A stretch of DNA of 64,000 bases from Pseudomonas aeruginosa PAO1. Lineage in GTDB: Bacteria > Pseudomonadota > Gammaproteobacteria > Pseudomonadales > Pseudomonadaceae. The DNA is taken from the NCBI RefSeq assembly GCF_000006765.1, contig NC_002516.2. One strand, 5' to 3'. Positions 35,150-45,909 of this stretch are shown piece after piece (position 1 is the stretch's first letter; each line of letters begins with the position of its first letter). The position numbers were made by a program, and so were the translations under genes. The notes below the pieces were generated by a model. That model was not told where the DNA came from, searched no databases, and saw nothing but the letters and a program-made list of their open reading frames with translations.

Positions 35150-37519
35150 ATGAATCGCCGACCCGCGTACCGCTCCATCCCGTCGTCCCGCAGCGCACCG
35201 TTCCGCCGTCGCCTGCTGCCCCTGTCGATCTGCCTGGCCTGCGCCGGAGGGGCGCAACTGGCCGGCGCCGACGACACCCCCGCGGGCACCGAAGAGGCGC
35301 GCCAGGCGCAGCCGGCCACCACCCTGCAGACCGTCACGGTGACCTCGCGGCGACGGGTGGAAAACTCCCAGGATGTGCCCACCGCGATGAGCGTGCTCGG
35401 CGGCGAAACCCTGGAGAGCCAGCGCATCTACCGGGTGCAGGACCTGCAGCAACTGGTGCCGAGCACCAACGTCGCCTACGTCCACGCGCGCCAGTCCAGC
35501 GTGTCGATCCGCGGCCTCGGCAACAACCCGGCCAGCGACGGCCTGGAAGGCAGCGTCGGGCTGTACCTCGACAACGTCTACCTCGGCCGCCCCGGCATGG
35601 CCTCGTTCGACCTTCTCGACATCGAGCAGCTGGAGGTCTTGCGCGGCCCGCAGGGCACCCTGTTCGGCAAGAACACCACGGCCGGGGTGATCAACATCGG
35701 CACCCGTGCGCCGAGCTTCACTCCGGAGCGCAGCGTTGAGATATCCGGCGGCGAGGACGGCTACTTCCAGGCCAGGGGCACGATTTCCGGACCGCTCGGC
35801 GAGACCCTCGCCGGGCGCCTGTCGGCCTACCGCACCCGCGACGACGGCTACGTGAAGAACCTCCACGACGGCAATACCCTCAACGGCGGCGCACGCCAGG
35901 GTTTCCGCGGGCAGTTGCTGTTCAAGCCGAACGACGACTTCAGCCTGCGCTGGATCGGCGACTACAACGAGGAAGACTCCGACAATGGTGTCCTTACCCT
36001 GTTCAGCAGCGGCCCCACGGTGAACGGCGTGAACCGCTACGAACAGCGCGCCGCTGCGGCCGGCGCGACGCTGGTGGACGGCCATCGGCGCAAGGTCAAC
36101 TTCGACTCGGACCAGCAGGTCACGGTGTTCCAGGGCGGAACCTCGGTGGAAGCCAACTGGAAGCTGGCCAACGACTTCACCCTCACTTCCATCAGCGCCT
36201 ACCGCTGGTGGGATTTCACGCCGCGCAACGACGACGGCCTGGACGTACCGGCGGCCTATAACGCCGGAGTCTCGGTGCGCGACAAGCAGTGGTCGCAGGA
36301 AATCCGCCTGGCTTCGCCCAGCGGCGGCTTCTTCGACTACGTGCTCGGCGCCTACTACTTCGGCCAGGACCTCGACAACAAGTCCTTCACCGACTACGGG
36401 CCCAGGGCAGACATCTGGAACGGAACCCCCGCCGGCGCCCTGAGCGACGTCAGCACCCGCGGTCGCGGGCACATCGACACCGACAGCTACGCGCTGTTCG
36501 CCCAGGGCACCTGGCACCTAACCGAGCGCCTGGACCTCACCGCCGGCGTGCGCGGCACCTACGAGGAAAAGTCCGCCTGGGTCGAACGCTACGCCCCGCT
36601 CGGCGGCGCCGCGGTGAGCGGCGCGGCGGCGGCCGCGCGCAACGGCAGGGTCGGCGCCTACGACAGCGGCGACATCGGCCTGCACAGCGTCAGTCCGTCC
36701 GCTCTGCTCAGCCTCAGCTACCGCTTCAGCGACCAGGTTCTGGGCTACGCCTCGCTGTCCCACGGCGAGAAATCCGGCGGCGTCAACCTGACCGTGGCCA
36801 GCGCTCCCAGCGCCGGTGCCGACTCGCTGCTGATTGGCACCGAGCGCGCCAACGATGCCGAGCTGGGGTTGAAGACCACCCTCCTCGACAACCGCCTGAT
36901 CCTCAACGGCAACCTGTTCTGGACCGTGGTCCACGGCTACCAGGCCAATGCCTACGACGAGGCCAACCGCACCCAGTACCTGACCAATGCCGGCGATGTG
37001 CGCTCGCGCGGCCTGGAGTTCGAAGCGACGGCCCTGCCGATCCGCGGCCTGACCCTGAATTTCAATGCGTCCTACAACGACGTTCGCTACCTGTCCTACA
37101 AGAACGCCCCGTGCGCCCCCGAGGTGGCCTTCCAGGCCGGCGCCCCGGCGTCCTGCGACCTCAGCGGGCACCAGGTGGTCGGTGCCTCGAAGTACATCGC
37201 CAACTTCAATGGCGAGTATCGCTGGAAGCTCGACGATGGCCTGGAGCCCTACCTCACCGCCAGCTACGCGTTCCGCTCCAGGGCGGTGGGCACCATCGAC
37301 GACTCCGCATACGGACAGATCCCCAGCTACGCCCTGGTCAACGCCTCCGCCGGCCTGCGCGGCGACTACGGGGACGGCCAGTGGGACCTGTCCCTGTGGC
37401 TGAAGAACGCTTTCGACAAGACCTACTTCACCAGCCTCTGGAATTCCGCCAACGGCGGCTACGCCGGCGTGCTCGGCACGCCGCGCACCCTGGGCGTGAC
37501 CGCCCGCTACGACTTCTGA
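35150..37519 (+). CDS. TonB-dependent outer-membrane receptor (SftP-like by context)
   Basis: Signal peptide, TonB box TVTVT, LEVLRGPQGTLFGKNTTAG plug motif, C-terminal ARYDF. Confidence 0.93.
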   Translation: MNRRPAYRSIPSSRSAPFRRRLLPLSICLACAGGAQLAGADDTPAGTEEARQAQPATTLQTVTVTSRRRVENSQDVPTAMSVLGGETLESQRIYRVQDLQQLVPSTNVAYVHARQSSVSIRGLGNNPASDGLEGSVGLYLDNVYLGRPGMASFDLLDIEQLEVLRGPQGTLFGKNTTAGVINIGTRAPSFTPERSVEISGGEDGYFQARGTISGPLGETLAGRLSAYRTRDDGYVKNLHDGNTLNGGARQGFRGQLLFKPNDDFSLRWIGDYNEEDSDNGVLTLFSSGPTVNGVNRYEQRAAAAGATLVDGHRRKVNFDSDQQVTVFQGGTSVEANWKLANDFTLTSISAYRWWDFTPRNDDGLDVPAAYNAGVSVRDKQWSQEIRLASPSGGFFDYVLGAYYFGQDLDNKSFTDYGPRADIWNGTPAGALSDVSTRGRGHIDTDSYALFAQGTWHLTERLDLTAGVRGTYEEKSAWVERYAPLGGAAVSGAAAAARNGRVGAYDSGDIGLHSVSPSALLSLSYRFSDQVLGYASLSHGEKSGGVNLTVASAPSAGADSLLIGTERANDAELGLKTTLLDNRLILNGNLFWTVVHGYQANAYDEANRTQYLTNAGDVRSRGLEFEATALPIRGLTLNFNASYNDVRYLSYKNAPCAPEVAFQAGAPASCDLSGHQVVGASKYIANFNGEYRWKLDDGLEPYLTASYAFRSRAVGTIDDSAYGQIPSYALVNASAGLRGDYGDGQWDLSLWLKNAFDKTYFTSLWNSANGGYAGVLGTPRTLGVTARYDF

Positions 37520-37541
37520 ACCGATCGCCGAGGAACCCGCC

Positions 37542-38882
37542 ATGCCCAGATTCCCGATGCTCCTGCTCAGCGCCGCGCTGCTCGCCGCCGGCGCCCATGC
37601 CGCGCCCAGCGTCTACCCCACCGGAGTGACCCGCTACGACCCGCAGAAGGCCTTCAACCAGTACGTGATCTTCAGCGGCGCAGACCGCAAGACCCACCTG
37701 ATCGACATGAACGGCAACGAGGTGAAGCGCTGGGACTACCCCGGCTTCCCCGCCGCCGTGATCGACCCGGCCCTGAACGGCGGCAAGCGCGGCCATGTGC
37801 TGCTGCAACTGGCCGACCTGGCCGCTCCGGACAAGCTGGCCTCGCCCGGCAACGGCCTGGCCAACCAGGCCCTCGGCGAGCTGGACTGGGATGGCAAGGA
37901 GGTCTGGCGCTGGGGTGACCAGGCGCCGGGCGGCGCCGCCCATCAGCACCACGACCAGCGCCGGCTGGCCAACGGCAACACCCTGCTGCTGGCGAACAAG
38001 GTCCACGCGGTGAAGGGCTTCGCCGTGCCCCGGGTAATCGATGACGTGATCTACGAGGTCACGCCGCAGGGCAAGCTGGCCTGGAGCTGGACCGCTTCGG
38101 AGCATCTCGACGAATTCGGATTCACCGCCGACCAGTTGAAGCGGGTGCGGGCCAGCGAGAACCCCGACTACCTGCACATCAACAACCTCGCCCCGCTCGG
38201 CGAGAACCGCTGGCACGCTGCCGGCGACCGGCGCTTCGCCCCGGACAACCTGCTGCTCGACTCACGCAACGCCAACTTCATAGCGATCGTCGACAAGGCC
38301 AGCGGCAAGGTGGTCTGGCGCCTCGGCCCGAACCTTCCGCCGATCGACCCGAAGAGCGCCCGTAAGCTGCCGCGCCCGGTGGACCAGATCAGTGGCCAGC
38401 ACGACGCCCACCTCATTCCCGAGGGCCTGCCGGGCGCCGGCAACCTGCTGGTGTTCGACAACCAGGGTGACGCCGGTTACCCCTCGGTACCGCGCGGGCT
38501 GGTCTCCGGCTCGCGGGTACTGGAAATCGACCCGCTGAAGAAGCAGATCGTCTGGCAATACACTGCCGAGGACTCGCAGCAGCCCGGCTGGGCCTTCTAC
38601 AGCGCCTTCATCAGCAGCGCGCGGCGCCTGCCCAACGGCAATACGCTGATCGACGAAGGGCAGAACGGACGCTTCTTCCAGGTAACGCCCGGCGGCGAGA
38701 TCGTCTGGGAGTACGTCAGCCCCTACTTCGGCAAGGCGCCGCGCGGCGACGCCCGGAGCAACTGGGTCTACCGCGCGCTGCCGGTGGCCTACGACTGGGT
38801 GCCCGAAGGTACGCCGCGCGAGGAGAAGGCGGTGAACCTGGCGGTTCCCGGCGCCACGCCGCAGGTCACGGCGCGGCGTTGA
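37542..38882 (+). CDS. Periplasmic arylsulfotransferase (ASST)-family beta-propeller
   Basis: Signal peptide AHA; HHD, HINN and QHDAH histidine motifs; repeated LPNGNTLI/GEIVW blades. Confidence 0.8.
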   Translation: MPRFPMLLLSAALLAAGAHAAPSVYPTGVTRYDPQKAFNQYVIFSGADRKTHLIDMNGNEVKRWDYPGFPAAVIDPALNGGKRGHVLLQLADLAAPDKLASPGNGLANQALGELDWDGKEVWRWGDQAPGGAAHQHHDQRRLANGNTLLLANKVHAVKGFAVPRVIDDVIYEVTPQGKLAWSWTASEHLDEFGFTADQLKRVRASENPDYLHINNLAPLGENRWHAAGDRRFAPDNLLLDSRNANFIAIVDKASGKVVWRLGPNLPPIDPKSARKLPRPVDQISGQHDAHLIPEGLPGAGNLLVFDNQGDAGYPSVPRGLVSGSRVLEIDPLKKQIVWQYTAEDSQQPGWAFYSAFISSARRLPNGNTLIDEGQNGRFFQVTPGGEIVWEYVSPYFGKAPRGDARSNWVYRALPVAYDWVPEGTPREEKAVNLAVPGATPQVTARR

Positions 38883-39033
38883 AGCGGATGGCGGCGGATA
38901 GAGCCACGGCCCGCTACCCGCCCCTGCGGCCACCCGGCGCCACGCAGGGGAGCGAGGCTCGCGGGTGGTCCCCTGCACAGCCCCGCCGCTTCGGGCTAGG
39001 ATGTGCCTTCGTTCCCCCGGTCGGCCCGCGCCC

Positions 39034-39939
39034 ATGCCCAGAGCCAGCAAAGTCACCGATCCGTCCTACGAGCTGATGGACGATCACGAAGGCCATTCGC
39101 TGATCTACCGCCAGCACGGCTTCCCCAGCCCGCTGGTGCGCTGGCACTTCCACAAGGAATACGAGCTGCACCTGATCGTCGCCAGCTCCGGCAAGGTATT
39201 CATCGGCGACTACATCGGCAACTTCGCCCCCGACACCCTGTTCCTCACCGGTCCCAACCTGCCGCACAACTGGATCAGCCAGGTGGAGCCCGACGAGGTG
39301 GTGGCCCGGCGCGACATGCTGGTGAACTTCACCGACGAGGTGCTGGAGGACGGCAGCGGCGTATTCTCCGAGCTGAACCGCCTGGCCCCGCTGCTGGCGC
39401 GGGCGCGCTACGGCATCGAGTTCCGCGACCCGGCGCTGATCGGCGAAAGCCGGCGACTGTTGCAACGCATCGCCGACAGCGGCGGCATGACCCGCCTGGG
39501 ATACTTTTTTATCCTCATGGAACAGCTCGCCGAATGCGAGGACTACCAGTTGCTCTCCACCGTCACTTCCTCGCAACTGGCCGACGAGCACAACGTCGAA
39601 CGGATCAACCGGGCGGTGGACTACATCTTCCAGCACTACGCCCAGGACCTCACCCAGGAGCAGGTCGCCGCCCACCTGGGCATGACCCCCACCTACTTCT
39701 CGCGCTTCTTCAAGCAGGCCGCCGGGCGCGGCTTCGTCGAGTTCGTCAACCGCCTGCGCATCAGCAAGTCCTGCGAGCTGCTGGCCCGCAGCGAGCTGCC
39801 GGTGACCGAGGTGTGCTTCGAGTCGGGCTTCAGCAACCTGTCCAATTTCAACCGGCGCTTCCAGCAGCTCAAGGGCATGACGCCCACCGGCTACCGGCGC
39901 CTGGTGACCCAGCGGCTGACCGAGCAGAACCTGCTCTGA
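39034..39939 (+). CDS. mtlR: AraC-family mannitol operon activator
   Basis: RWHFHKEYELH cupin; C-terminal AraC HTH; directly upstream of mtlE. Confidence 0.88.
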   Translation: MPRASKVTDPSYELMDDHEGHSLIYRQHGFPSPLVRWHFHKEYELHLIVASSGKVFIGDYIGNFAPDTLFLTGPNLPHNWISQVEPDEVVARRDMLVNFTDEVLEDGSGVFSELNRLAPLLARARYGIEFRDPALIGESRRLLQRIADSGGMTRLGYFFILMEQLAECEDYQLLSTVTSSQLADEHNVERINRAVDYIFQHYAQDLTQEQVAAHLGMTPTYFSRFFKQAAGRGFVEFVNRLRISKSCELLARSELPVTEVCFESGFSNLSNFNRRFQQLKGMTPTGYRRLVTQRLTEQNLL

Positions 39940-39961
39940 GCCTCCAGCGCCCCACCCCGGC

Positions 39962-40027
39962 GGTGCAAAAAAGTATCGGTCGAAGTGCAGTCGAGGCTTT
40001 GTCGGTTGCGTGACGCGCCTGTGTAAT
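39962..40027 (+). promoter_or_regulatory. MtlR direct-repeat site and PmtlE promoter
   Basis: GGTGC-N5-AGTAT-N7-AGTGC-N5-AGGCT (39962-39998) matches the recalled P. fluorescens MtlR site; followed by TTGTCG-N17-TGTAAT. Confidence 0.75.
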
Positions 40028-40043
40028 CGGCAGCGAGCGACAC

Positions 40044-40054
40044 AAAAACAATAA
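40044..40054 (+). promoter_or_regulatory. A-rich Hfq/Crc catabolite-repression motif in the mtlE leader
   Basis: AAAAACAATAA contains AAnAAnAA. Confidence 0.55.
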
Positions 40055-40096
40055 TGTCTTCCGCGCCGCCCGCCGGCCCGGAAGAGGAGTTCACCG

Positions 40097-41407
40097 ATGA
40101 ACGACTCGATCAAGGCCTGCCTGGCCGCCGCCTGCCTCGCCCTGCCCCTGCTGGCCCAGGGCGCCGAGACCCTGACCATCGCCACGGTCAACAACAACGA
40201 CATGATCCGCATGCAACGCCTGTCCAAGGTGTTCGAGGAAAGCCACCCGGACATCGCGCTGAAATGGGTGGTGCTCGAAGAGAACGTCCTGCGCCAGCGC
40301 CTGACCACCGACATCGCCACCCAGGGCGGACAGTTCGACCTGCTCACCATCGGCATGTACGAAGCCGCGCTTTGGGGCGCCAAGGGCTGGCTGGAGCCGA
40401 TGAGCGGGCTGCCCGCCGACTACGCCCTGGACGACCTGTTGCCCTCGGTGCGCGACGGTCTCTCCGTCAAGGGCACGCTGTACGCCCTGCCGTTCTACGC
40501 CGAAGCCTCGATCACCTACTACCGCAAGGACCTGTTCCAGCAGGCCGGGCTGCGGATGCCCGAGCAACCGACCTGGACCCAGCTCGGCGAGTTCGCCGCC
40601 AGGCTCAACCGCCCGGACCAGGGCCAGTACGGTATCTGCCTGCGCGGCAAGGCCGGCTGGGGCGAGAACATGGCGTTGATCGGCACCCTGGCCAACGCCT
40701 TCGGCGCACGCTGGTTCGACGAGCGATGGCAGCCCGAATTCAGCGGCGGCGAATGGAAGAAGGCTCTCGACTTCTATGTCTCCACCCTCAAGCGGTACGG
40801 CCCGCCCGGCGCCTCCAGCAACGGATTCAACGAGAACCTGGCGCTGTTCAACAGCGGCAAGTGCGCGATCTGGGTGGACGCCAGCGTCGCCGGTTCGTTC
40901 GTCACCGACAAGAGCCAGAGCAAGGTCGCCGACGCCACCGGCTTCGCCTTCGCCCCCCGGGAAGTCACCGACAAGGGCGCCTCCTGGCTGTATTCCTGGG
41001 CCCTGGCGATTCCCGCCAGCTCGCGCGCCAAGGACGCGGCGAAGGCCTTCGCCACCTGGGCCACCTCGCAGGCGTACGGCAAGCTGGTGGCGGACAGGGA
41101 AGGCGTAGCCAACGTGCCGCCCGGCACCCGCGCCTCGACCTACAGCGAGGCCTACCTGGCCGCCGCGCCGTTCGCGCGGGTCACCCTGGAATCGCTGAAG
41201 CGCGTCGATCCCAACCATCCGACGCTGAAGCCGGTGCCCTATGTCGGCATCCAGTTGGTCACCATCCCCGAGTTCCAGGCCATCGGCACCCAGGTCGGCA
41301 AGCTGTTCTCCGCCGCCCTCACCGGGCAGATGAGCAGCGACCAGGCGCTCGCCGCCGCGCAGCAGAGCACCGCCCGCGAGATGAAGCGCGCCGGCTATCC
41401 GAAGTAG
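40097..41407 (+). CDS. mtlE: Polyol ABC transporter substrate-binding protein
   Basis: Signal peptide; CUT1 sugar-binding protein; operon context. Confidence 0.9.
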   Translation: MNDSIKACLAAACLALPLLAQGAETLTIATVNNNDMIRMQRLSKVFEESHPDIALKWVVLEENVLRQRLTTDIATQGGQFDLLTIGMYEAALWGAKGWLEPMSGLPADYALDDLLPSVRDGLSVKGTLYALPFYAEASITYYRKDLFQQAGLRMPEQPTWTQLGEFAARLNRPDQGQYGICLRGKAGWGENMALIGTLANAFGARWFDERWQPEFSGGEWKKALDFYVSTLKRYGPPGASSNGFNENLALFNSGKCAIWVDASVAGSFVTDKSQSKVADATGFAFAPREVTDKGASWLYSWALAIPASSRAKDAAKAFATWATSQAYGKLVADREGVANVPPGTRASTYSEAYLAAAPFARVTLESLKRVDPNHPTLKPVPYVGIQLVTIPEFQAIGTQVGKLFSAALTGQMSSDQALAAAQQSTAREMKRAGYPK

Positions 41408-41482
41408 TCCGCCGCCGGGCGCAGCCGCGCCCGGCGCGGCGCTGCTCGAGCGCTTGTCCTTGAAGATCCAGACGGAGTCGCC

Positions 41483-42415
41483 ATGAACACCTCGGCCCTC
41501 GATACCCCGCTCCCGGCCCGTCCCGCCCGCCGCCGTCTCCAGCGCCGCCGGCGCGGCCCTGGCTGGCTCCTGGTCAGCCCCTCGGTGGCGCTGCTGCTGT
41601 TGTGGATGATCGTGCCCCTGGGCATGACCCTGTATTTCTCGCTGATCCGCTACAACCTGCTGTATCCCGGCGAGAATGCCTTCGTCGGCCTGGAGAACTT
41701 CACCTTCTTCGTCACCGACGCCGGCTTCCTGCCCGGCGCGCTGAACACCCTGCTGCTGGTGGGCAGCGTGCTGGCGATCAGCGTGGCGTTCGGCGTGCTC
41801 ATCGCCGCGCTGCTGGAGGCCGGCGAGTTCTTCGGCCGCGGCGCGGTGCGGGTGTTGCTGATCTCGCCGTTCTTCATCATGCCGACGGTGAGCGCGCTGC
41901 TCTGGAAGAACCTGATCTTCCACCCGGTCTCGGGCATCCTCGCCGCCGTCTGGCGCCTGTTCGGCGCCGAGCCGGTGGATTGGCTGGCGCACTATCCGCT
42001 GCTGTCGATCATCCTCATCGTCTCCTGGCAATGGCTGCCCTTCGCCATCCTGATCCTGATGACCGCCATGCAGTCCCTCGACCAGGAGCAGAAGGAGGCT
42101 GCCCGCCTCGACGGCGCCGGTCCGCTGGCGATCTTCTGGCACCTGACCCTGCCGCACCTGGCGCGGCCCATCGCGGTGGTGCTGATGATCGAGACGATCT
42201 TCCTGCTCTCGGTGTTCGCCGAGATCTTCACCACCACCAGCGGCGGCCCCGGCTACGAATCGACCAACCTCGCCTACCTGATCTACAACCAGGCGCTGCT
42301 GCAGTTCGATGTCGGCATGGCCTCGGCCGGGGGCCTGATCGCGGTGCTGATCGCCAATATCGCCGCCATCGTGCTGGTGCGGATGATCGGCAAGAACCTT
42401 ACCGAGCGCAGCTGA
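41483..42415 (+). CDS. mtlF: Polyol ABC permease
   Basis: EAARLDGAG EAA motif; operon context. Confidence 0.9.
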   Translation: MNTSALDTPLPARPARRRLQRRRRGPGWLLVSPSVALLLLWMIVPLGMTLYFSLIRYNLLYPGENAFVGLENFTFFVTDAGFLPGALNTLLLVGSVLAISVAFGVLIAALLEAGEFFGRGAVRVLLISPFFIMPTVSALLWKNLIFHPVSGILAAVWRLFGAEPVDWLAHYPLLSIILIVSWQWLPFAILILMTAMQSLDQEQKEAARLDGAGPLAIFWHLTLPHLARPIAVVLMIETIFLLSVFAEIFTTTSGGPGYESTNLAYLIYNQALLQFDVGMASAGGLIAVLIANIAAIVLVRMIGKNLTERS

Positions 42416-42425
42416 GGAACCCGCC

Positions 42426-43259
42426 ATGCTGACACTCAAGCAATCCCGCCGCCTGCGCAATGCCCTGCTCGGCCTGCTCTGCTGGGGCATCGCCCTGCTG
42501 CTGTTCTTCCCGATCTTCTGGATGCTGCTGACCAGCTTCAAGAGCGAGATCGACGCCTTCGCCACGCCGCCGCAGTTCATCTTCCAGCCGACCCTGGAGA
42601 ACTACCTGCACATCAACGAGCGCAGCGACTACTTCGCCTACGCCTGGAACTCGTTGCTGATCTCCTCCTCGGCGACTCTCCTGTGCATGCTCGTCGCGGT
42701 GCCGGCGGCCTACTCCATGGCCTTCTTCGAGACCCGCCACACCAAGCGCACGCTGCTCTGGATGCTGTCGACCAAGATGCTTCCGCCGGTCGGCGTACTG
42801 ATGCCGATCTACCTGCTGGCCAAGCAGTTCGGCCTGCTCGATTCGCGGCTGGCGCTGATCATCGTCTACACCCTGATCAACCTGCCGATCGTGGTCTGGA
42901 TGGTGTACACCTACTTCAAGGACATCCCCGTGGACATCCTCGAAGCAGCGCGCCTGGACGGCGCCGGCACCTGGCAGGAGATCGTCCGCGTACTGCTGCC
43001 GATCGCCCGCGGCGGGCTCGCCTCGACCCTGCTGCTGTCGCTGATCCTGTGTTGGAACGAGGCCTTCTGGTCGCTCAACCTGACCTCCTCGGCCGCCGCC
43101 CCGCTGACCGCCCTGGTCGCCTCCTATTCCAGCCCCGAAGGACTGTTCTGGGCCAAGCTCTCGGCCGTCTCCACCCTCGCCTGCGCGCCGATCCTGGTCT
43201 TCGGCTGGATCAGCCAGAAGCAGCTGGTACGCGGCCTTTCCTTCGGCGCCGTGAAATGA
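42426..43259 (+). CDS. mtlG: Polyol ABC permease
   Basis: EAARLDGAG EAA motif; operon context. Confidence 0.9.
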   Translation: MLTLKQSRRLRNALLGLLCWGIALLLFFPIFWMLLTSFKSEIDAFATPPQFIFQPTLENYLHINERSDYFAYAWNSLLISSSATLLCMLVAVPAAYSMAFFETRHTKRTLLWMLSTKMLPPVGVLMPIYLLAKQFGLLDSRLALIIVYTLINLPIVVWMVYTYFKDIPVDILEAARLDGAGTWQEIVRVLLPIARGGLASTLLLSLILCWNEAFWSLNLTSSAAAPLTALVASYSSPEGLFWAKLSAVSTLACAPILVFGWISQKQLVRGLSFGAVK

Positions 43260-43298
43260 AGCGCATCCCCATCCTTTCGTCCACGGAGGTATTCCGCC

Positions 43299-44411
43299 AT
43301 GGCTGATCTCAAGATCCGCAACCTGCAGAAAGGCTTCGACGGCCAGGCCATCATCAAGGGCATCGACCTCGACGTCCGCGACCGCGAGTTCGTAGTCTTC
43401 GTCGGCCCCTCCGGCTGCGGCAAGTCGACCCTGCTGCGCCTGATCGCCGGCCTCGAAGAGGCCAGCGGCGGCAGCATCGCCCTCGACGGCACGGACATCA
43501 CCGACACCCCGCCGGCGAAACGCGACCTGGCGATGGTCTTCCAGACCTACGCGCTGTACCCGCACATGACGGTGCGCAGGAACCTCTCCTTCGCCCTCGA
43601 CCTGGCCGGCGTCGACAAGCGCGAGGTCGCCGCCAAGGTCGACGCCGCCGCACGCATCCTCGAACTGCAAGCGCTGCTGGAGCGCAAGCCGCGCCAGCTC
43701 TCCGGCGGCCAACGGCAGCGGGTGGCGATCGGCCGGGCGATCGTGCGCAACCCGAAGATATTCCTCTTCGACGAACCGCTGTCCAACCTCGACGCCGCCC
43801 TGCGCGTGCAGATGCGCCTGGAACTGGCGCGGCTGCACCAGGAACTGGCGGCGACCATGATCTACGTGACCCACGACCAGGTCGAGGCGATGACCCTGGC
43901 GGACAAGGTCGTGGTGCTCAACGGCGGGCGCGTCGAGCAGGTCGGCTCGCCGCTGGAGCTTTACCACCATCCGGCCAACCTGTTCGTCGCCGGCTTCCTC
44001 GGCACGCCGAAGATGGGCTTCCTGCGCGGCCATCTCAGCCGCAACCAGGGCGAGCGCTGCGAGGTCGCCCTCGAATGCGGCGCGCGCGTCGGCCTGCCGC
44101 TATGCGCCGGCGAGCTGGCCACCGGCAGCCCGGTGACCCTCGGCATCCGCCCGGAACACCTGAACATCGCCCGCCCGGGCCATGCCTTCCAGGGCCTGCT
44201 GCGGGTCGCCGCCGACGTCAGCGAGCGCCTGGGCAGCGACAGCTTCTGCCATGTCCGCGCCGACTCGGGGGAAATGCTCACCCTGCGCGTGCGCGGCGAT
44301 TTCGCACCGGACTACGGCGCCCCCCTGGAGCTGGGCTTCGATCCGGAGCACTGCCACCTGTTCGACAGCAACGGCCAGGCCCTCGACAAACGACTGCAAC
44401 AGGCGGCCTGA
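43299..44411 (+). CDS. mtlK: Polyol ABC ATP-binding protein (MalK-like)
   Basis: [28 protein letters not shown]. Confidence 0.92.
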   Translation: MADLKIRNLQKGFDGQAIIKGIDLDVRDREFVVFVGPSGCGKSTLLRLIAGLEEASGGSIALDGTDITDTPPAKRDLAMVFQTYALYPHMTVRRNLSFALDLAGVDKREVAAKVDAAARILELQALLERKPRQLSGGQRQRVAIGRAIVRNPKIFLFDEPLSNLDAALRVQMRLELARLHQELAATMIYVTHDQVEAMTLADKVVVLNGGRVEQVGSPLELYHHPANLFVAGFLGTPKMGFLRGHLSRNQGERCEVALECGARVGLPLCAGELATGSPVTLGIRPEHLNIARPGHAFQGLLRVAADVSERLGSDSFCHVRADSGEMLTLRVRGDFAPDYGAPLELGFDPEHCHLFDSNGQALDKRLQQAA

Positions 44412-44433
44412 AGCCGCCAGCGGGAACCCACCG

Positions 44434-45909
44434 ATGAAACTCAACCGGCAGCACCTCCCCCTGCTGGCGACCGCTGTCGCCCGCCCGTCCTACGACCCCG
44501 CGCAACTGCGCCAGGGCATCGTCCACATCGGCGTCGGCGGCTTCCACCGCGCGCACCAGGCGGCCTACACCGACGCCCTGATGAACCGCGGCGAAGCCCT
44601 CGACTGGGCTATCTGCGGCGCCGGCCTGCGCAGCGACGACCGCGCCATGCACGACGCCCTGGCCGCCCAGGACTACCTCTACACCCTCTACGAGCTGGGC
44701 GACCAACCGGACACCGAGGTCCGCGTGATCGGCGCCATCAGCGGCATGCTGCTCGCCGAGGACGGCGCCGAGGCGCTGCTGGAAAAACTTGCCGAGCCGG
44801 CCATCCGCATCGTCTCGCTGACCATCACCGAAGGCGGCTACTGCATCGACGATGGCAGCGGCGAGTTCCTCGCCGAGTTGCCGCTGGTGCGCCACGACCT
44901 GGCCAACCCGCGGACCCCGCGCGGGGTCTTCGGCTTTCTCTGCGAGGCTCTGCGGCGGCGCCGCGACACAGGCGTGCCGGCGTTCACCGTGATGTCCTGC
45001 GACAACCTCCCGCATAACGGCGAGGTGGCGCGCAAGGCGCTGCTGGCCTTCGCCGAACGGCTCGACCCGGGGCTGGCGCGCTGGATCGCGACGCACGTCA
45101 GCTTTCCCAACGCCATGGTCGACCGCATCACCCCGATGACCAGCCCCGCCCACCGCCGCCAACTGGCCCAACGGCACGACGTGGAAGACGCCTGGCCGGT
45201 GGTCTGCGAACCCTTCGTGCAATGGGTGCTGGAAGATCGTTTCAGCGCTGGGCGCCCGGCCTGGGAAAAGGTCGGCGTGCAGTTCACCGACGACGTCACG
45301 CCCTACGAGGAGATGAAGATCGGCCTGCTCAACGGCAGCCACCTGGCGCTCACCTACCTGGGCTTCCTGCGCGGCTACCGCTTCGTCCACGAGACCCTCG
45401 GCGACCCGCTGCTGCGCCGCTACGTGCGGGCCTTCATGGACCGCGACGTGGCCCCGCTGCTGGCACCGGTACCGGGGATCGACCTGGAACGCTACAAGGA
45501 CAGCCTGGTCGAGCGCTTCGCCAACCGCGCCATCGCCGACCAACTGGAACGGGTCTGCTCGGACGGCTCGTCGAAGTTTCCCAAGTTCATCGTCCCCACC
45601 GCCAATCGGCTGATCGCCGCCGGCCGGCCGCTGGAACGGGTGGCCCTGGTGGTGGCGGCCTGGGCGCTGTACCTGGGCGGGGTCGACGAGCATGGCGAAC
45701 GCTACCCGATTCCCGATCCGCGCGCCGCCGAATGCCAGGCGCTGGTTGCCGAACGCCACGGCCTGGGCCGGCGCCTGCTCGGCGTGGAGACCGTGTTCGG
45801 CCCGGCGATCCCGGCCTCGGCGGCCTTCGTCGAGGCCTTCGAGCGGCTCTACGACAGCCTGCGCCGACACGGCGTCAGCGAAACCCTGCGCCAGGTACTC
45901 GGCGAATGA
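44434..45909 (+). CDS. mtlD: Mannitol 2-dehydrogenase
   Basis: HIGVGGFHRAHQA, SCDNLPHNG, FPNAMVDRITP, KIGLLNGSH. Confidence 0.93.
   Translation: MKLNRQHLPLLATAVARPSYDPAQLRQGIVHIGVGGFHRAHQAAYTDALMNRGEALDWAICGAGLRSDDRAMHDALAAQDYLYTLYELGDQPDTEVRVIGAISGMLLAEDGAEALLEKLAEPAIRIVSLTITEGGYCIDDGSGEFLAELPLVRHDLANPRTPRGVFGFLCEALRRRRDTGVPAFTVMSCDNLPHNGEVARKALLAFAERLDPGLARWIATHVSFPNAMVDRITPMTSPAHRRQLAQRHDVEDAWPVVCEPFVQWVLEDRFSAGRPAWEKVGVQFTDDVTPYEEMKIGLLNGSHLALTYLGFLRGYRFVHETLGDPLLRRYVRAFMDRDVAPLLAPVPGIDLERYKDSLVERFANRAIADQLERVCSDGSSKFPKFIVPTANRLIAAGRPLERVALVVAAWALYLGGVDEHGERYPIPDPRAAECQALVAERHGLGRRLLGVETVFGPAIPASAAFVEAFERLYDSLRRHGVSETLRQVLGE

Noticed and set aside
38885-39030. Structured RNA between the ASST gene and mtlR
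   Set aside because: Only short GC-rich stems, not distinguishable from background without covariation data.
40091-42580. 829-aa minus-strand ORF
   Set aside because: Antisense to mtlEFG with no recognisable motifs; GC-driven shadow.
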